This document shows, in pieces, positions 60,421-64,000 of a stretch of DNA of 64,000 nt. A model generated the notes under the pieces. That model saw only the letters and a list, made by a program, of their open reading frames with translations. It did not search any database and had not been told where the DNA came from. Position 1 is the first letter of the stretch. Every line of letters begins with the position of its first letter. The DNA is from Candidatus Saccharimonadia bacterium. Its GTDB lineage: Bacteria; Patescibacteriota; Saccharimonadia; Saccharimonadales; 2-12-FULL-41-12. Position numbers and translations under genes: made by a program. The DNA lies in NCBI GenBank assembly GCA_963717365.1, contig OY970327.1:799752-863751 (forward strand), given 5' to 3'.

Positions 60421-61914
60421 TTAAACCCGAGTATGCGACTCTTTGAGCCCGGCCTGAGTGATGCGCCAAAAACGGGTGTTTTGGCGGTGGGATTCTATGT
60501 CTTTTGAGCCAACATATGACATACTCTTGCGCAAAGCTTTTGTATAATTTTTTAGTACAGCTGCTGCTGACCCCTGGTAAGGAACTTCTGTTTCTATGCC
60601 TTCTGCCAATGGCAGTTCATCGTCATCTACCATGCCGCCGTAGCGCTCCCGGGCTGCTGCGCTATCTCGAAACGCGCCCATTGATCCCATCCCCCGGTGC
60701 TTTTTGACCTTACGGCCATTGGGCAGCTCTATTATTTCGCCAGGTGACTCATCGGTACCAGCCAGTCTAGTGCCGATCATAACGCTGTTGGCGCGGGCGG
60801 CAATGGCAATTGATATATCGCCGCGGTTATTGATCCCACCGTCGGCGCATACCGGAATACGATACTTTTTATCTACTTTGGCAGCTTCTTCTACACCCTC
60901 AACAGCTTCATATATAGCTGTCACTTGCGGGCATCCAATGCCAATTTCAGTACGAGTGGTACAGATCGCGCTAGGCCCCTGGCCGATCCGCAGCCCGTCA
61001 GCACCGGCAAAAGCAAGTTCGCGAGCCGAGTCACGTTCGGTAATGTTGCCGACTATCAGGTCTAACTGCGGAAAACTTTCTTTAATTTTTTTGGTATATT
61101 TAAAGGCAAATTTTGAATCGCCATCGGCGGTGTCCAATACAACGGCATCGAGATGGTCAATCATAGCGGCGATACGCTCCAGAGCGCTGTCGTTAGTCGG
61201 AACAGCGGCAGCCACCAGTAACCGGCCGTTGGCATCAACATTATAAAGTCCGGCGTTCCCCTCCAGAATACGCTTTACGTCTGACCAGATGTACAATCCG
61301 GCTACAGTACCGTCGTTATTGAGCAGTGGCAGCGTATTTTTCTTGCTCTCACTCATCAGTGCGTAGGCCCGATTAATATCAATGTTGGGTTTGGCACTCA
61401 TAATCTGCGACAAGGGAGTCATGGCGCTGCTGACCATGTCTGAGACACTCTTACAGTGTTTAAGGTCATTGCGGGTCAGAAGACCAACTAATTTATTCTG
61501 GCTATTAATAACTGGAAAAGTTCTAAATTCTAATTTTTCTTGCTCACGCATACGCAGTACGCTACTCACTGTTTGGGTATCGCTAATAACAACCGGATTT
61601 TTAATTAAGCCATTCAGGTGCAATTTAACCCGCTTAACTTCGTTGCACTGCTCTTCTACCGATAAACCGGCATGAATGACACCCAGGCCGCCGTGCTTTG
61701 CCATGACAATTGCCATCGCAGAAGTTGTGACCGTATCCATTGGCGAACTTATAATTGGTACTTTCAGCGGCACGTTCCGGGAAAATTTACTGTCTGTGTT
61801 TACCTCGGATGCCGCGTAGTCGCTGCGAGCTGTTCTGAGACGGACGTCATCATAGGTGAGCGCGATGAATTCTTCGCTCATTTTTGCAAAGAATGCTTTT
61901 TTTTGCTGATTCAT
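60421..61914 (-). CDS. guaB: IMP dehydrogenase (with CBS pair)
   Basis: Start set at ATG 61914 with GGAGGT 8 nt upstream. LTYDDVRL, VPIISSPMDTVT, catalytic loop IGQGPSAICTTR (GxGxGSICTT variant), ADGGI, MIG..LAGTDESPGE. Confidence 0.9.
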   Translation of the reverse strand: MNQQKKAFFAKMSEEFIALTYDDVRLRTARSDYAASEVNTDSKFSRNVPLKVPIISSPMDTVTTSAMAIVMAKHGGLGVIHAGLSVEEQCNEVKRVKLHLNGLIKNPVVISDTQTVSSVLRMREQEKLEFRTFPVINSQNKLVGLLTRNDLKHCKSVSDMVSSAMTPLSQIMSAKPNIDINRAYALMSESKKNTLPLLNNDGTVAGLYIWSDVKRILEGNAGLYNVDANGRLLVAAAVPTNDSALERIAAMIDHLDAVVLDTADGDSKFAFKYTKKIKESFPQLDLIVGNITERDSARELAFAGADGLRIGQGPSAICTTRTEIGIGCPQVTAIYEAVEGVEEAAKVDKKYRIPVCADGGINNRGDISIAIAARANSVMIGTRLAGTDESPGEIIELPNGRKVKKHRGMGSMGAFRDSAAARERYGGMVDDDELPLAEGIETEVPYQGSAAAVLKNYTKALRKSMSYVGSKDIESHRQNTRFWRITQAGLKESHTRV

Positions 61915-61996
61915 TGCGTATGACCTCCGTCTCTTCAAAGATGTACCAACGATACCACAGAAAAGCGGTAGCGAATAGTTGCCACCGCAACATTTA

Positions 61997-62686
61997 TCAG
62001 GATTTTCTGAGCGATTTCATAATATTTTCATAGCTTATATCTGGTAGGTCTGTTAGGGCATCATCTATGCTAAACTGCCCAACGGTAATCCGTCGTAAAT
62101 CAGACATATAGGCGCCAGTTTGTAATCGTTCGCCGATATCTTGCACCAAACTGCGAATATATGTACCACTACCAACACTCGCCGTAAAAGTCACATATGG
62201 GTATCCATAATTAGTGAGTGTAATGTTGTTTATTCGCACCGGACGCGGTTCAATTACCACTCTTTTGCCTTCCCTAGCCAGTTTATACGCCCGCTTGCCG
62301 CCAATCTTTATGGCAGAGTGTATGGGTGGTGTTTGCATGCTGTCGCCAACAAAGTCTCGTAATACTTCTGTCAGCTTGTCTTCATCCGGCTTTTTATCAG
62401 CTAACGGTGTTTTTTCTCCTTCAGCATCACCAGTCGTACTGACTTCTCCTAATTTCATAGTGGTTTCATAGGTTTTATCAAGCTTACTAAACTCCTCGGC
62501 GCGCTTACAGTAGCTACCGACTACTATAATCATCAATCCGGTAGCAAGCGGGTCCAAGGTACCGGTATGGCCAACTTTAATTTTCCAACCGGATTCGCGC
62601 TTTAAAGTACCGCGGACTTTAGCGACCACATCAAATGAACTCCAGCCATATGGCTTATCAACTAATAGCAAGCCGTCTATTTCCAT
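61997..62686 (-). CDS. truB: tRNA pseudouridine(55) synthase
   Basis: 229 aa. GLLLVDKPYGWSSFDVV and the catalytic-Asp motif GHTGTLDPLATGL. Confidence 0.9.
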   Translation of the reverse strand: MEIDGLLLVDKPYGWSSFDVVAKVRGTLKRESGWKIKVGHTGTLDPLATGLMIIVVGSYCKRAEEFSKLDKTYETTMKLGEVSTTGDAEGEKTPLADKKPDEDKLTEVLRDFVGDSMQTPPIHSAIKIGGKRAYKLAREGKRVVIEPRPVRINNITLTNYGYPYVTFTASVGSGTYIRSLVQDIGERLQTGAYMSDLRRITVGQFSIDDALTDLPDISYENIMKSLRKS

Positions 62687-62737
62687 AGATTACAGCATAC
62701 AACTATTTAGGGCTGGTTCACATCTATCTATTAGCTC

Positions 62738-64000
62738 TTATGCACTTGGTGGCGGCATTAAAGGTGGAGGCACCGGCGGCGGAGTCTGAATGGGGCCGGT
62801 TTTGCCTTGTGACGAAGGGCTGTTACCATTGGCTGGTTCATCATGGCCAAGATTCAAGTTAACAGGCTGGGCACCGAGCGAGTTGATAGGACCCGGACGA
62901 TATATATCGTTTGTCTCAACAATATTATCAACCGCGGCACGGGCAGCATCCAACGGTGGCGGCGACGGCGAAGTAACTTTTTCATCATTAATAACTTGAT
63001 CGACGGCACTAAGGTGAGGACTATTAACGGCATGTTCCAGCTCATTCAGAGTCTGATCGTGAGGATCGTCAGCTTGTGGCGGTGTCGCAGCAGATCGAGT
63101 TTCTTTAGCCGGTTCAGTATGGGTTCGCTCTAGCAATGGTGTTGGTGCCGGCGTCTCAGACAAGGGGTCAGCCATGTCTCCGTCATCTTCAGGAGTACCA
63201 CTGCCGGTGAGCGGTGTGTAATTTCGTGGCGGTTCAGTCATAAAATGGGCGCCGTCAGGATTGGCGGGTCCGGTATCTGCTTCTGGTTCGCTGCTGTCTT
63301 CTGTTTTAATCGCTTTAGCCGGGCCAATCTTAGGGTACTTATTAGCTTCGGCGGCCTGCGCATCAAGCGCCGCTTGAGTGGCTTCGAGTTGCTGTTGAGC
63401 CTTAAGGGCTTCATCGGCGGCCTTCGCTTCTGTTTCTTTTGTGATTTTTAGTGTGCCATGCTCATCAATCAAAATATCATCTTGGCTATGGTCGATCTCA
63501 ATCACTCCGTTATCTCTTTTATTAGGGGGAGCTTCAGCTTGCTCCGGTTCCGGCTCTCCACCGTCATCAACTACTTCCGGAATTTCTTGGCTTGGCTCTT
63601 CTGTCTCTGGCTCAGATTCTGGCTCACGCAACTGCCCGGCAATTAACTGCGGGCTTGCACCAGCGGCCATAAGCAAACCCGACACCGACATCGTGTTTGG
63701 ATGCGCTTTTTCATTACCAAAACGGTCAGTTTCCGCGACCATTCCCGTAAGCAATGCTGTGGCAATTTGTTCGTCAAGTAATTTTTTATCCAAAGCAATT
63801 ACCAGGTCACTGGCCATTTCACAGAGACTGCTGGCTCCAGTATTCACCCAGCTGATGGCACCGATGTCACTAGCGGTATCAGTATTTAGCGAAACCACAG
63901 TGGCATCATGCAAAATCCGGCCATGAGCCACAATTGCCCCGTCAAGATGTTCGCGCTGATGTACTCCTAGTGTAATGATCAAATCTATATTAAAGTCACC
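62738..64000 (-). CDS. DHH-family phosphoesterase-like protein with ~300-aa acidic/Pro-rich low-complexity C-terminal region (5' end beyond window)
   Basis: The frame stays open to base 64000 (GDFNIDLIITLGV...). ATALLTGMVAETDRFGNEKAHPNTMSVSGLLMAAGASPQ resembles the NrnA-type DHH-domain end. No DHHA1 GGGH motif follows. Instead there is E/P/A/T-rich sequence ending PPPVPPPLMPPPSA. Confidence 0.45.
   Translation of the reverse strand, partial: GDFNIDLIITLGVHQREHLDGAIVAHGRILHDATVVSLNTDTASDIGAISWVNTGASSLCEMASDLVIALDKKLLDEQIATALLTGMVAETDRFGNEKAHPNTMSVSGLLMAAGASPQLIAGQLREPESEPETEEPSQEIPEVVDDGGEPEPEQAEAPPNKRDNGVIEIDHSQDDILIDEHGTLKITKETEAKAADEALKAQQQLEATQAALDAQAAEANKYPKIGPAKAIKTEDSSEPEADTGPANPDGAHFMTEPPRNYTPLTGSGTPEDDGDMADPLSETPAPTPLLERTHTEPAKETRSAATPPQADDPHDQTLNELEHAVNSPHLSAVDQVINDEKVTSPSPPPLDAARAAVDNIVETNDIYRPGPINSLGAQPVNLNLGHDEPANGNSPSSQGKTGPIQTPPPVPPPLMPPPSA

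Noticed and set aside
1-64000. Alternative genetic code (UGA recoding, as in some CPR lineages), and diversity-generating retroelements, which are common in CPR genomes.
   Set aside because: Well-conserved genes terminate at TGA in the expected places (the xer gene ends ...GATGACTGA, the adenylation enzyme ends ...ACATGA). All conserved proteins are full length under code 11. No reverse transcriptase ORF and no template/variable repeat pair was seen in the window.

Overview
This 64-kb chromosomal window comes from a small, tightly packed genome with a monoderm (Gram-positive-type) cell envelope. It uses the standard genetic code. Almost all genes lie on the minus strand, often with 1-4 nt overlaps. 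The gene content includes a secretin-less type IV pilus locus, a sortase with an LPXTG substrate, many membrane-anchored hypotheticals and very little biosynthesis. This fits a CPR/Patescibacteria lineage such as Saccharibacteria, but that is inference only because no database search was run.

Recognisable content:
- A complete type IV pilus locus at 9.9-21.4 kb (pilM-N-O-like, pilB, pilT, pilC, pilA, pilD and four minor pilins).
- An LPXTG protein/sortase/GT2 synthase operon.
- Three paralogous repeat-module surface proteins.
- tRNA-Arg(CCU).
- Housekeeping genes: ndk, a Xer recombinase, gnd, ychF, tlyA, efp, rpsR-ssb-rpsF, ftsK, rnj, a family-4 UDG, pnp, rpsO, an ABC-F ATPase, purA, guaB and truB.
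- Two toxin-antitoxin pairs (VapBC-like and Phd-Doc).
- An ABC-2 exporter.

Most unusual observations:
1. A translationally coupled four-gene operon sits between purA and guaB. It encodes a methyltransferase-like protein, a stand-alone adenylation enzyme, a formyltransferase and an alpha-oxoamine synthase. It looks like a small, unassigned biosynthetic system.
2. A ~47-nt palindromic element occurs three times, each copy upstream of a minus-strand gene.
3. A 1050-aa secreted protein and a chaperone-like gene are fused to the head of the pilus operon.
4. An accessory segment bracketed by the two TA pairs carries a 631-aa protein with a PRTase-like motif.
5. A minor pilin carries a (PPVV)n tandem repeat.

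All functional calls rest on motif recognition by eye. None has been verified by HMM or BLAST.
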